Source: Eledone cirrhosa (taxonomy: Eukaryota). From it: 64,000 bases of DNA. The first letter of the stretch is position 1, and the number at the start of each line of letters is the position of its first letter. Position numbers and translations under genes: made by a program. The DNA lies in the NCBI GenBank assembly GCA_964016885.1, contig OZ024744.1, positions 46,128,001 through 46,192,000 on the forward strand. Direction: 5' to 3'. Below, piece by piece: positions 48,937 through 61,944 of the stretch. The notes under the pieces were generated by a model. The model was given only the letters and a program-made list of their open reading frames with translations. It was not told the DNA's origin and made no database searches.

Positions 48937-51470
48937 CATCATCATCAGCATCATCGATTAACATCTATCTTCCATGGGTTACACAGGTCCTATTTTGAGG
49001 CAACTTGTGTCGGGTGACCGTGACAGCTCATATAGGGGTGTTTCTGGCTGGTTTTCTATGGCTGGATACCCTTCCTAATGCCAACCACATTGACAATGTG
49101 GGCTGGGTGCTTTTTGCTGGGTCTTTCCCATGTCCACTTTACAGCATGGGCTGGGTGCTTTTTGCTGTGTCTTTCACACATCCACTTTACAGTGTGGGCT
49201 AGGTGCTTTTTGCTGTGTCTTTCACATGTCCACTTTACAGTGTGGGCTGGGTGCTTTTTGCTGTGTCTTTCACATGTCCACTTTACAGCAAGGGCTGGGT
49301 GCTTTTTGCTGTGTCTTTCACATGTCCACTTTATAGTGTTGGCTGTGTGCTTTTTGCTGTGTCTTTCACACGTCCACTTTACAGTGTGGGCTGGGTGCTT
49401 TTTGCTGTGTCTTTCACATGTCCACTTTATAGTGTTGGCTGGGTGCTTTTTGCTGTGTCTTTCACACGTCCACTTTACAGCATGGGCTGAGTGCTTTTTG
49501 CTGTGTCTTTCACATGTCTACTTTACAGCATGGGTTGGGTGCTTTTTGCTGTGTCTTTCACACGTCCACTTTACAGCATGGGCTGGGTGCTTTTTGCTGT
49601 GTCTTTCACACGTCCACTTTATAGCATGGGCTGGGTGCTTTTTGCTGTGTCTTTCACACGTCTACTTTACAGCATGGGCTGGGTGCTTTTTGCTGTGTCT
49701 TTCACACGTCCACTTTACAGTGTGGGCTGGATGCTTTTTGCTGTGTCTTTCACATGTCCACTTTACAGTGTGGGCTGGGTCCTTTTTGCGGTGTCTTTCA
49801 CACGTCCACTTTACAGTGTGGGCTGGGTGCTTTTTGCTGTGTCTTTCACATGTCCACTTTACAGTGTGGGCTAGGTGCTTTTTGCTGTGTCTTTCACATG
49901 TCTACTTTACAGCATGGGTTGGGTGCTTTTTGCTGTGTCTTTCACACGTCCACATTACAGCATGGGCTGGGTGCTTTTTGCTGTGTCTTTCACACGTCCA
50001 CTTTACAGCATGGGCTGGGTGCTTTTTGCTGTGTCTTTCACACGTCTACTTTACAGCATGGGCTGGGTGCTTTTTGCTGTGTCTTTCACACGTCCACTTT
50101 AGAGTGTGGGCTGGGTGCTTTTTGCTATGTCTTTCACACGTCCACTTTACAGCATGGGCTGGGTGCTTTTTGCTGTGTCTTTCACATGTCTACCTTACAG
50201 CATGGGTTGGGTGCTTTTTGCTGTGTCTTTCACACGTCCACTTTACAGCATGGGCTGGGTGCTTTTTGCTGTGTCTTTCACACGTCCACTTTACAGCATG
50301 GGCTGGGTGCTTTTTGCTGTGTCTTTCACACGTCTACTTTACAGCATGGGCTGGGTGCTTTTTGCTGTGTCTTTCACACGTCCACTTTACAGTGTGGGCT
50401 GGATGCTTTTTGCTGTGTCTTTCACATGTCCACTTTACAGTGTGGGCTGGGTGCTTTTTGCGGTGTCTTTCACACGTCCACTTTACAGTGTGGGCTGGGT
50501 GCTTTTTGCTGTGTCTTTCACATGTCCACTTTACAGTGTGGGCTGGGTGCTTTTTGCTGTGTCTTTCACATGTCCACTTTAGAGTGGGGGCTGGGTGCTT
50601 TTTGCTGTGTCTTTCACATGTCCACTTTATAGTGTGGGCTGGGAGAGGCGGGGGGGGGGGGCATGCTGTACATATGCTTCAGCTTGTGATCCTGGGAAAT
50701 CGGGTCTTCTCTATTACTGCACATCTCCCGAGATCCCGGCCACGTGTCATCGCCTCTGAGGTCGGCTTGTATCACCTCACCCCACGTCTTCCAACGTCTC
50801 CCCATTCCAAGGCTTCCAACAACTGAGCCCTCTGCACTTTTTTATGCAGCTGTCATCCTTCATACGCAACACATGTCCATACCAATGCAATCTCCTCTCC
50901 TGCACACAGCATTTGATTCTTCTTATACCTAGTTTCTCTCTCAGTTCATTTATGCTTCGACTTTCTCGCATCCATCGGATCATGCAGGCTTCATTTCTTT
51001 CCAATCTACACAAGACTTCTGCATGCAGCACCCAAGTGTCACTACCATGTAACATAGCTGTACATACGGATACATCATACCATTCTGAGGGAGAAGCTTT
51101 TGTAGCCAGCAGTGGCAGTAGCTCCCTGAACTTCCTCCATCCCGTTCTTACTCTGGTTACTGTACTTTCAGCACACCCAACATTGCTGCTAATTCAGTGA
51201 CCTAAGTAGCAGAAGCTATCTACTGTTTCTATAGAGTCCTCTTAGAATTTGGTAGCGCTTGTTTTTTGCGTCTGCTGCTTACTGTTCCAGTGCAACTGCC
51301 ACATGTAAAGCCTACATTCTTAGCTAAACTTACTGAGATCCCAATACATCTCTTGTGTACCTATATTCTCCATATGGGGCAGAGGATGGAATGTCTACCA
51401 ATGCCTTTCCTACATACTGGACAAGGCCATTTCCCTGAAGTATCTCGGTTCTGTTTTCTGGAATTTCTAC
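48937..51470 (-). mobile_element. RTE LINE 3' fragment carrying a 48-bp array in its 3' UTR
   Basis: (GAT)n tail at 48937; LHGSDTW, RRLHWYGHVLRM, CYLGH. Confidence 0.85.
49085..50643. repeat. 48-bp minisatellite, about 32 copies
   Basis: Unit CCACTTTACAGTGTGGGCTGGGTGCTTTTTGCTGTGTCTTTCACATGT. Confidence 0.97.
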
Positions 51471-51840
51471 CAATATATATATATATATATTCTCTACATA
51501 CAATATATGATGGTATCCAAAGTGAGGTCAATAGCTGATATAACTTGCTGCCAGTGTCATCACAACTAATATATACCCTATATACAGACGCGTGGCTGAG
51601 TGGTTATAGAATTGGATTCGCAATCGTGAGGTTGAGAGATTGATTCTCGGACCGGGCAATGCGTTATGTCCTTGAGCATGACACTTTATTTCACGTTGCT
51701 CCTTCTACCTGGAGTTACGACTGATAGATAGTATTAGTAATTGGAAAGACCAATGGAAACATTGTTTTCTCGGTCCGATTTCACTAAAGTCGATCAACTA
51801 TTGATACACTAATATATACAATATATATATATATCTTCTA

Positions 51841-52370
51841 TACATACTTGGCAGTATCCTGAGCCACAGCCGCAACTTTGAGCTGGACATCAACTGCAGG
51901 GTTGTAAAGGTGACTGCGGTGTTCCAATGGATGCACTCAATTTGGTCAAACAGAGCCATCAGCTTGTATTTCAAGCTGCGCTTGTACACTAGCATTGTAC
52001 TTCCTAAGCCCATCTCTGACTGTGAAACATGGAAACACACTGTGAAGATGGATAGGTGTCTAAAAACTTTCCATTAAAGGAGCCTGCATAAGATTCTAAA
52101 GGTCAGCTGGTAGATCCTGTGGAGAGCAGGGTCACATACACAGCAGAAGATCATCATGGAACGTTAGTTCCATTTTGCAGGTCACATACTGCACCTCCCA
52201 GATCACCTGTCCAAAACAGCGATGACATGGGTTCCCCTTGAAGGCAAGTGGAAAAGAAGCCGACCGAAGATGACCTGGTGGATCACATTCCAAAATGACC
52301 CACAAACTGTCAACATCAGCTGGCATGGATGTCAACAAGCTGCCACCAACTGAAATCATTGGAGACAATT
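51841..52370 (+). mobile_element. Fragment of a different RTE-clade LINE
   Basis: LGSILSH...DINCRV..IWSNRAISLYFKLRLYTSIVLP...CETW...FH*RSLHKILKVSW*. Confidence 0.75.
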
Positions 52371-52599
52371 AGTTAATGGTAGTGTTTACTGGTAAGTTGT
52401 TGGTGTATACACATGTTGTTGTTGTTGTTAATGTTACTGCTGCTGTCGCTGCCTTCCTCTTGTTGATGATGGTGGTAGTTGAAACTGATACCTATTCGGG
52501 CTGCCAGGCTGGTTGCTGGGGCTCGAACACCTTCTTTAACCGAAGATGCGGGGTCGTTGTTATTGTCACTGTTTCTGCCATCGCCTTCCTCTTGTTAAC

Positions 52600-55500
52600 G
52601 GTAGTGATAATTGTTGGTGCTACCTATATCGGCTGTCAAGCTGGCTGCTATATCAGCTTCTGTGAGTGACGCTCCAATGACATTCTTGACCAAAGATGCA
52701 GGTCAATGGCATTTGGTATCGCTTGGCGACACAACGGCAAATAACTGTATACACTATCATCAATTGGAAAGACCAATGGAAACATTGTTTCCTTGGTCCA
52801 ATCTGATGATTTCCACTCCACTTGGTAAGTAAGGTCTGAGATGTTGAGAATTGTTACAAAAAAATCACTAAAATCAAGATACTGGGTTGGTATAACTACC
52901 TGGTTTGTATGTGTTGTGGTGTGGTATGTGGTGTGTTGTGGTGTGGTCTTTTGATGTGGTGTGTGTGTGTGTGTGCAGGGTGATGTGTTGTTGTGTGTGT
53001 GTGTAGTGTAAAGAGGAAATTTTACACACATAGGACCTAGAAGGGGTGTGTGAGGACTCTACCCCCTACAACCCTCCCAGAAATAAATGCCTGAAGAAAA
53101 AGAGAAGAAAGTTGTAAAGTATTTTCAAATGTGAATTATTTTTTTAAAAAGTCAAAATTTCAACTGTCATGAAAGTACCATTCAACAAATAATAAAGTTA
53201 TGCAATTGTTTTTATTTACACATGTGGATATATTGTCATAAATATAAATATAAACCAGTTAAGGTTTACAAAATAAACACATCGATTTTTTTATTTTTAT
53301 TGATGTAGTCGTAAGGGTGTCACTGTGGTCATTTGAAGCTTGGTGGAGCCCTTGATTCTCCAGGTTTGAACAGTTGATTTCTTTCAGAGAAGGAGAGAGA
53401 ATAAGAGGGAGGAAGTGAGATAGAAATATAGAGAGGAAGAACAGACCCCTTGAATGGACGAAAGAATGTTGACCTCAGCAGGATTTAAACCCAGAGAGCA
53501 GAGAACCAGGATAAATATGGCAGAAAGCATTCTATCTATTGTTTTATAGACTTTAAATAAATGTTTCTACTTTTGACTCAATGCCAGCAATTTGAAGAGA
53601 AAGGGGAATGTCAATAAAATCAGGCCCAGTGCATTACTGTTACTGTTTTTTATCAACCTTAAATGGATGAAAGTCAAAGTTGACCATGGCATGATTTAAA
53701 CCCAGAACATAAAGGACTGTAACTTTATGACACAAAGCATACCATCTGACACTCTACTGATTCTGAAAATCTAGCACCCTCAACAATGAAATGAGATTGT
53801 GTCTCTGTAATAGCCCTTAATGACAAATAATATGTAGGGGTACTTTCTACAGGGTGTATTTGTTAATTACAATACAAAACCTGTGAGAATAATTTCCAAC
53901 ATATTTCAACTTAATAAATGTTCATCAATATATATTAATATTATTATTTTCTGCTAGCATGTGTAGTGTGCATATTAATATTATACGCAGGTAGATATGA
54001 TACATCAAATAAAATCGTAATTGACAATATATAATACATAGAAATTGAACAAAGACTGCGTTACACTGTCTTATTTAATCAGTAACTTATTCCATGATAC
54101 ATTAAAAAAGACGATATTATATATAAACTGCATTAGGAGAAAATTAGTGACGGAAATATATTAATGTTTATTTAAGCGATGGCCAACCGGAAGTGTTGAC
54201 ATTTCCGAAATTTTAAAGAAGTGAATCTTTAAATATACAAAATATATTTAATCAACAGCCACGAAATTTAGTAGATAAATTAGGTAATATTCATTCATTA
54301 TTTATTCAAAGTAATCCAATTTATTTTACTAATGGGATAAACAATTATAAACCGTACGCAGTCCCGTGCTCCTTACTTTATTATAGTTTAGATTCATACG
54401 TTCAATAGATATGCTAGTACTTTATTCAAATTTGAATAAATAATGTTATTAATTTTATATAACTGTTCATATTAAACCAAAACACATTATTAAAGGTAAT
54501 AAAATATTTATGTAATGGAAAAAAAAACGAATCAAACAACGAAAATAATTGTTTCTACTTTGGCACAAGACCAGCAATTATTCCAGTGTATTACTGGTAC
54601 TTTATTTTATCGACCTCGTAAGTATGAAAGACAAAGTTAACCCTGGCGGGATTTGAACTCACGTCATAGAGGGAGGTAACTTTATGCTACAAAGCATGGC
54701 GTCCAACGCTCTACCGATACTGCCAATCCAACGAAAATAACGGGAGAGGGACAGACTTTATATTTCAGTCTGAGCTGTGATTAAGCCCCACCCTACAGAC
54801 AAAAGGGCAAAGGTGTTACCACAGAGAATAGCCAGAGACACCCACTACAACATCCACCCCACCTCATGGGACTACTTCCTCAAGTAGTCTGCTCTCTTTC
54901 TAATTTTGAGAAGGAAATCAGCAGTGTGGGGACAAAGAGGAAGTGGTTTGTCAGGCCCCGGTATTTAACTATCTTCCTCTTCTCTCTATTACAGGTAGTA
55001 AAGCCTGGGTTTGTGGCTGCAGGGAAAATGTTGGAGGCGGGGAATGATCTAATCCATGCTAAACCTCCAACTAAAGCTGATACTTGTCTTTTTCAGCTGA
55101 GGAGTTTAGAGACATATGGAATGTGTCTTGTTTAAGGACACAATGTACCTCCCTAACTGACAATTGAAAACATGATATCACCATATGATGTATGACTTCA
55201 CCATAAAATATATATGTGTTTGTATACATATATATAGTATATATTTGTGTCTATACATTGTCTCATTCCATGAGAGTAACTTGGTCAGCTATGAACTCCT
55301 CATCCGACCCTTCTATATGTATATACAAGTTTGTCAGTGTGTGTCTACATATGTATATAGAATATTGTCACAACTACTATATACACCACATATACACTAT
55401 ATATAATATTGTCCAATATATATAGACTATATGTCATGTTGTCCAAGGGAAAGGCTGATATAGATTGGCACCAGTGATATTACAACTATTATACACACTA
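52600..55500. repeat. ZNF-less duplicate of the cassette flank
   Basis: 52600-54390 matches 12760-14885; 53945-55500 matches 46840-48520. Confidence 0.85.
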
Positions 55501-55504
55501 TATA

Positions 55505-56915
55505 TCATCCATTTAATGTTTATCTTCAACGCTAGGATGGGTTGGCCGGAAATTGTCCCATTTGAGGCTGGATTGATCGGGTGACTGTGTCTCGCTCGTA
55601 TAGGACTGTATCTGGCAGGTTTTCTATGGCTGGATGCCCTTCCTAACACCAACCACATTTCCAGTGTGGACTAGGAGTCTTTTCGTGATGATAACTACAC
55701 GACCTCTTTAGTTTGGACAGGATGTTGGGGTACCAATATAAAGTTACAGAGACAGGGTGGTGTTGGTGGGAGTGGGAGGATGGAGTAGGGTTGGGTGTAT
55801 ATTTGGTTAGGAGGTGCCTATTGACTGTAGGTTAACTTTGCACGTAGGGAAGGCAGGTCTTCTCTGTTACTGTGTGGCACCATAGATCTCGATCTAGTGA
55901 CATCGTCTTAGTGAGGGGTAAGTGTGCAAGGCTGGATTTTATGTCGTCCAAGGTTTTTCTGGGTCTACCTATTCCATAACTTCCATCAATTTTGATCTCC
56001 CTGCACTTTTTTTATAAAGCTGTCATCCTTCATGTGCATCACATGACTATACCAACATAATCTTCTCTCAAGTAAACAGCATCTGATCCCTCTTATTCCT
56101 AATTTCTCACTTAGTTCGTTTATGTCTTGCCATTCGTGTATTACACATCCGAGAGATCATGCATGCCTCATTCCTTTCCAATCTGCGCAGGTCCTCTGCA
56201 CACAATGCCCATGTCTCATTGCCATGTAACATTGCTGTTCGTATGCACGCATCATACAATCTGCCTTTCATTTTTAGAAAGAAACTTTTTGTGTCAAGCA
56301 GCAGTATTAGCTCTCTGAGCTTTTTCCATCCCCTTCTAACTCTGGATACTACACTTTGAAAGCACCCTCCACCACTGCTGATTTTGTCACCTAGGCAATG
56401 GAAAGTGTCAACTATTTCTATAGAACAATCTGGGCAGTAGAAGGTGCTAGTATCCTGTGGGTACTTGCTGCTTATTTCACATGAGCATCGGCCACATAAA
56501 AAATCTACATTCTTAGATAGCTTACCTGTGATCTCACTACATCTTTTATGTACCAATAGAATGGAATTTCTACCTACTCATTTCCTACACACTGAGCATG
56601 GCACCAGTTCCCTATTTTCTTTTCTACATACTGGACCTTTAGTCTTAGACAAGTTAACTTTAAGGCCTTTTGATTCAAGGCCATGCCTCCATTTTTGGAA
56701 TTTCTTCTGTAGTTCAGCCATAAATTCGGCTAGGGGAGTTAGATCATCTGCATATAGAAGTTCCCATAGGCAGCTGGTCTTAAACGCCTCTGCTATAGCC
56801 TGAATGGCAATAATAAACAGGAGGACGCTAAGGATGGGGCCTTGCTGAACACCAGAAAAGTTTATTGCATCTCTTTTTACCCACAATGAATCTAGCAGAC
56901 CCACCCCTGCACCTA
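55505..56915 (-). mobile_element. RTE LINE with an internal deletion of about 1.8 kb
   Basis: APE start joined directly to QQGPILS/LLYADDL near 56852; the intact counterpart is 61945-64000. Confidence 0.88.
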
Positions 56916-59617
56916 GTCTCTAGAACACACACACACATATATATATATATGATTTCTATATATCTATACATTGTTGTCCAAAGGTATGGCTGAAACAGGT
57001 TGACACCAATGATGTCACAGCTCATCATTTAATGTCCAATCTGATGAGTTCCACACTATTTGCTAAAGTCTGGGATATTGAGATTTGTTACAAAAATATC
57101 ACTAAAACCAAGATACTGGGTTGATATAACTACCTGGTTTGTATGTGTTGTGGTATGGTATGTGGTGTGGTATGTGGTGTGGTATGATGTGTGTCTGTTG
57201 TGTGGGATGCGGTGTGTATTGTGGTGTTTTGATGTGGTGTGTGTATGTGTGTGCAGAGTGATGTGTTGTTGTGTGTGTGTAGTGTAAAGAGGAAATTTTA
57301 CACACATAGGACCTAGAAGGGGCGTGTGAGGACTCTACCCCTACAGCCCTCTCAGAAATAAATGGCTGAAGAAAAAGAGAAGAAAGTTGTAAAGTATTTT
57401 CAAATGTGAATTATATTTTTAAAAAGTCATAATTTGAACTCTCATGAAAGTACCATCCAACAAATATTAAAGTCATAGAATTGTTTTTATTTACACATAA
57501 ATGTGGATATATTTTCATAAATATAAATATAAACCAGTTAAGGTTTACAAAATATACACATCATTCTTTTGTTTTGTTTTTTAATGATGGAGTCATAGGG
57601 GTGTCACTGTGGACATTTGAACCTGGTGGAGCCCTTCACTCACCAGGTTTTAACAGTTGATTACTTCCAGAGAAGGAGAGAGAATGAGAGAGAGGAAGTG
57701 AGATAGAAATATAAAGAGGAAGAACAGACCCCAGTGGTAGACTGGTACTTTTTTGTTATCAATCTTGAATGGATGAAAGGCAAAGTTGACCTCAGCAGGA
57801 TTTAAACCCAGAGCAGAGAACCAGAACAAATATGGCACAGACTTTAAATAACTGTTTCTACTTTTAACTCAAGGCGAGTAATTGTAAGGGAAGGAGGAAG
57901 TTGATTAAATCAACCCCAGTGGATTACTGGTACTTTATTTTACTGAACCTGTGAGGAAGAAAAGTAAAGCTAACCTCTGGATTTTAACACAGAATGTAAA
58001 GGGATGTAATTAAATGACACATCGTCTGACACTCTACTGACTCTGCCAATCCACCAGCCTCAATAATGAAATGAGATTGTGTCTCTGTAATAGCCCTTAA
58101 TGACAAATAATATGAAGGGGTACTTTCTACAGGGTGTATTTGTTAATTACAATATAAAACCTCTGAGAATGATTTCCAACATATTTCACATTATCAATAT
58201 ATATTAATATTATTATTATTTTCTGCTAGCATGTGTAGTGTGTATATTGATATTATACGCAGGTATATAAACATGTAGATATGATACATCAAATAAAATC
58301 GTAATTTACAATATATAATACATAGAAATTGAACGAAGACTGCGTTACACTGTCTTATTTAATCAGTAACGTAATCCATGATACATTAAAAAAGACGATA
58401 TTATATATAAACTGTATTAGGAAAAAATTAGTGACAGAAAATTAGTATGTTTATTTAAGTGATTGCCACCGGAAGTGATGACATCACACACTCTCTATTT
58501 ATATATATATATGGTAGTTGAAGTGGTGGTGGTGGTGGCCTACGATATACCGGAAGTGCAACTTTGAAAAGAAGTCAATTTTAAATTATTTATTTTTACG
58601 AAATTTAGTAGATAAATTATGTAATATTCATTCATTATTTATTCAAAGTAATCCAACTTATTTTACTAACGGAATAACAAATTATAACGTACGCACTCCC
58701 GCAGGAAGTAGTGAGAGCAGACCTCAGACCACTGAAACACACGGAGGAGATGACGAAGGACCGTGACAAGTGGAGTGATGATGTGCTGAATAGGACCCGT
58801 CCCACCCTTGCAAGCAGAGAAAAGCGGACGTAAAATGATGATGATGACTAAAGATAGTTCATGGATCAAATATAAATTTAAGAATGTAAAAATACATCTT
58901 CAAAGTATATTTTTAATATATTTATAATAAAAAGTTCAACTACATCTTTCAGTCTTAAGTATATAGATAATCTGTTATACTTCAAATGTAATAATTGTTT
59001 CTACATTTGGCACAAGGCCAGCAATTACCCTAGTACATTACTGGTACTTTATTTTATCAAAGGCAAAGTTATCCTCGGCATGATTTCAACTCAGGTCGTA
59101 AAGGGACGTAACTCTATGCTGCAAAGCATGGTGTCCGACCCTCTACCAATCCACTGCCCTAGTCAAGGTGTAATAATAACAATAATAAATATTAGGGCTA
59201 ATGATTAAACAACTAGAGAATTATTTAAAAAGTTATTAAATAATAATTTTACAATAATATATTACCAAATACAATAAAATAATTTATCAATGTAGAATAA
59301 AAAGCTGAATATTATTAAAATTTATTAAAAAAATTAATCCAAAAAATGTTATCAAAACATTTTTTTTTAAAATTATATTTCGGCTCTGTATTATATTTGT
59401 TGTTTTATATTGAACTATTCTCATACTTGTAATTGGATAATATTTAATATTACCCACATTATATATATGTATATATCCAGGGAGTGTAAGACGGAGTTAC
59501 TGTAGGTTCACCTGGGTGAGCACTCCATCTTTAGGTTCACGTCTGTAGTGAAGTGTAGAGCTAGACAGAGTGTAATAGAATAATACAAGGACAAAAGGTT
59601 ACTCCTTCATTACATTT

Positions 59618-59723
59618 ATTGGTTGGTGACATGTTTCGTTATTGATCAGCTCAAGGTTCGATCTGTATTGATACAGATCAAACCATGAGCTGATCAATAG
59701 TGAAACGTGCGTTACCAACCAAT
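59618..59723. repeat. 106-bp palindrome built from two opposed hammerhead 3' halves
   Basis: + strand GAAA-CGTGCG-TT-ACCAACC; - strand GAAA-CATG-TC-ACCAACC-AATAAA; long central hairpin. Confidence 0.65.
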
Positions 59724-60088
59724 CTAAACTATAATAAAGGAAGGTCTGCGGGTGTGCGTACGGTTTATAATTTGTTATCCCGTTAGTAAAATAAGTTGGA
59801 TTACTTTGAATAAATAATTGTTTCTACTTTAGGCACAAGGCCAGCAATAATCCAGTGCATTACTGGTACTTTATTTTATCGACCCCGTAAGGATGAAAGG
59901 CAAAGTCAACCTCGGCGGGATTTGAACTCAGATCGTAAAGGGACGTAACTATGCTGGAAAGCATGGCGTCCGACCCTCTACCGATACTGCCAATCCACTT
60001 TGAATAAATAATGAATGAATATTACATAATTTATCTACTAAATTTCGTAAAAATAAATAATTTGAAATTGACTTCTTTTCAAAGTTGC

Positions 60089-60404
60089 ACTTCCGGTATA
60101 TCGTTGCCACCACCACCACCACTTCAACTACCATATATATAGAAATAGAGAGTGCGTGATGTCAACACTTCCGGTATATCGTTGCCACCACCACCACCAC
60201 TTCAACTACCATATATATAGAAAAAGAGAGTGTGATGTCAAGACTTCCGGTATATCGTTGCCACCACCACCACCACTTCAACTACCATATATATAGAAAA
60301 TGAGAGTGTGTGATGTCAACACTTCCGGTATATCGTTGCCACCACCACCACCTCTTCAACTACTATATAGAAAGAGAGAGTGCGTGATGTCAACACTTCC
60401 GGTG
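60089..60404. repeat. Tandem repeat of 74-78 bp, 4 copies, delimited by CACTTCCGGT
   Basis: ACTTCCGG at 60089, 60167, 60243, 60321, 60395. Confidence 0.92.
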
Positions 60405-61944
60405 GCAATCACTTAAATAAACATACTAATTTTCTGTCACTAATTTTCTCCTAATGCAGTTATATATAATATCGTCTTTTTTTAATGTATCATGGATTAC
60501 GTTACTGATTAAATAAGACCGTGTAACGCAGTCTTCGTTCAATTTCTGTGCATTTTAAATTGTAAATTATGATTTTATTTATATATACCTGCGTATAATA
60601 TCAATATACACACTACACATGTTAGCAGAAAATAATAATAATATTAATATATATTGATGAACATTTATTATGTTGGAAATTATTCTCACAGGTTTTTTAT
60701 TGTAGCTAACAAATACACCCTGTAGAAAGTATCCCTACATATTATTTGTCATTAAGGGCTATTACAGAGACACAATCTCATTTCATTGTTGAGGGTGGTG
60801 GATTGGAAGAATCAGTAGAGTGTCAGACGATTTGTCATTTAGTTACATCCCTTTACATTCTGTGTTAAAATCCAGAGGTTAGCTTTACTTTTCTTCCTCA
60901 CAGGTTCAGTAAAATAAAGTACCAGTAATCCACTGGGGTTGATTTAATCAACTTCCTCCTTCCCTTACAATTACTCGCCTTGAGTTAAAAGTAGAAACAG
61001 TTATTTAAAGTCTATAAAAAAATGGATGGAATGTTTTGTGCCATATTTGTTCTGGTTCTCTGCTCTCTGAGTTTAAATCCTGCTGAGGTCAAATTTACCT
61101 TTCATCCATTCAAGATTGATAACAAAAAAGTACCAGTCTACCACTGGGGTCTGTTCTTCCTCTCTATATTTCTATCTCACTTCATCTCTCTCATTCTCTC
61201 TCCTTCTCTAGAAGAAATCAACTGTTCAAACCTGGTGAGTGAAGGGCTCCACCAAGCTTCAAATGTCCACAGTGACACGCTTATAACTACATCATTAAAA
61301 AACAAAACAAAAGAATGATGTGTATATTTTGTAAACCTTAACTGGTTTATATTTATATTTATGAAAATATATCCACATTTATGTGTAAATAAAAACAATT
61401 CTATAACTTTAATATTTGTTGGATGGTACTTTCATGACAGTTCAAATTATGACTTTTTAAAAATATAATTCACATTTGAAAATACTTTCTTCTCTTTTTC
61501 TTCAGCCATTTATTTCTGAGAGGGTTGTAGAGGGTAGAGTCCTCACACCCCTTCTAGGTCCTATGTGTGTAAAATTTCCTCTTTACACTACACACACACA
61601 ACAACACATCACTCTGCACACACACACCACATCAAAACACCACAATACACACACCATCCCACACAACAGACACACATCATGTCATACCACACCACATACC
61701 ATAACACATACCACACAACAACACATACCACACTAGGTAGGTATACCAACCCAGTATCTTGGTTTTAGTGATATTTTTGTAATAAATCTCAACATCCCAG
61801 ACCTTAGCAAGTGGAGTGGAACTCATCAGATTGGACATTAAATGATGAGCTGACATCATTGGTGTCAACCTGTTTCAGCCATACCTTTGGACAACAATGT
61901 ATAGATATATAGAAATCATATATATATGTGTGTGTGTGTGTTCT

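Noticed and set aside
49078-50826. 582-aa ORF as a real gene, or the array as CRISPR
   Set aside because: Contiguous 48-bp tandem units with no unique spacers, embedded in an RTE 3' UTR; the open frame follows from the unit length
51585-51660. tRNA gene
   Set aside because: A-box present but B-box degenerate, no cloverleaf, and it continues into SINE body sequence
60089-60404. CRISPR-like spacing of CACTTCCGGT
   Set aside because: The intervening sequences are copies of each other; eukaryotic context and no cas genes
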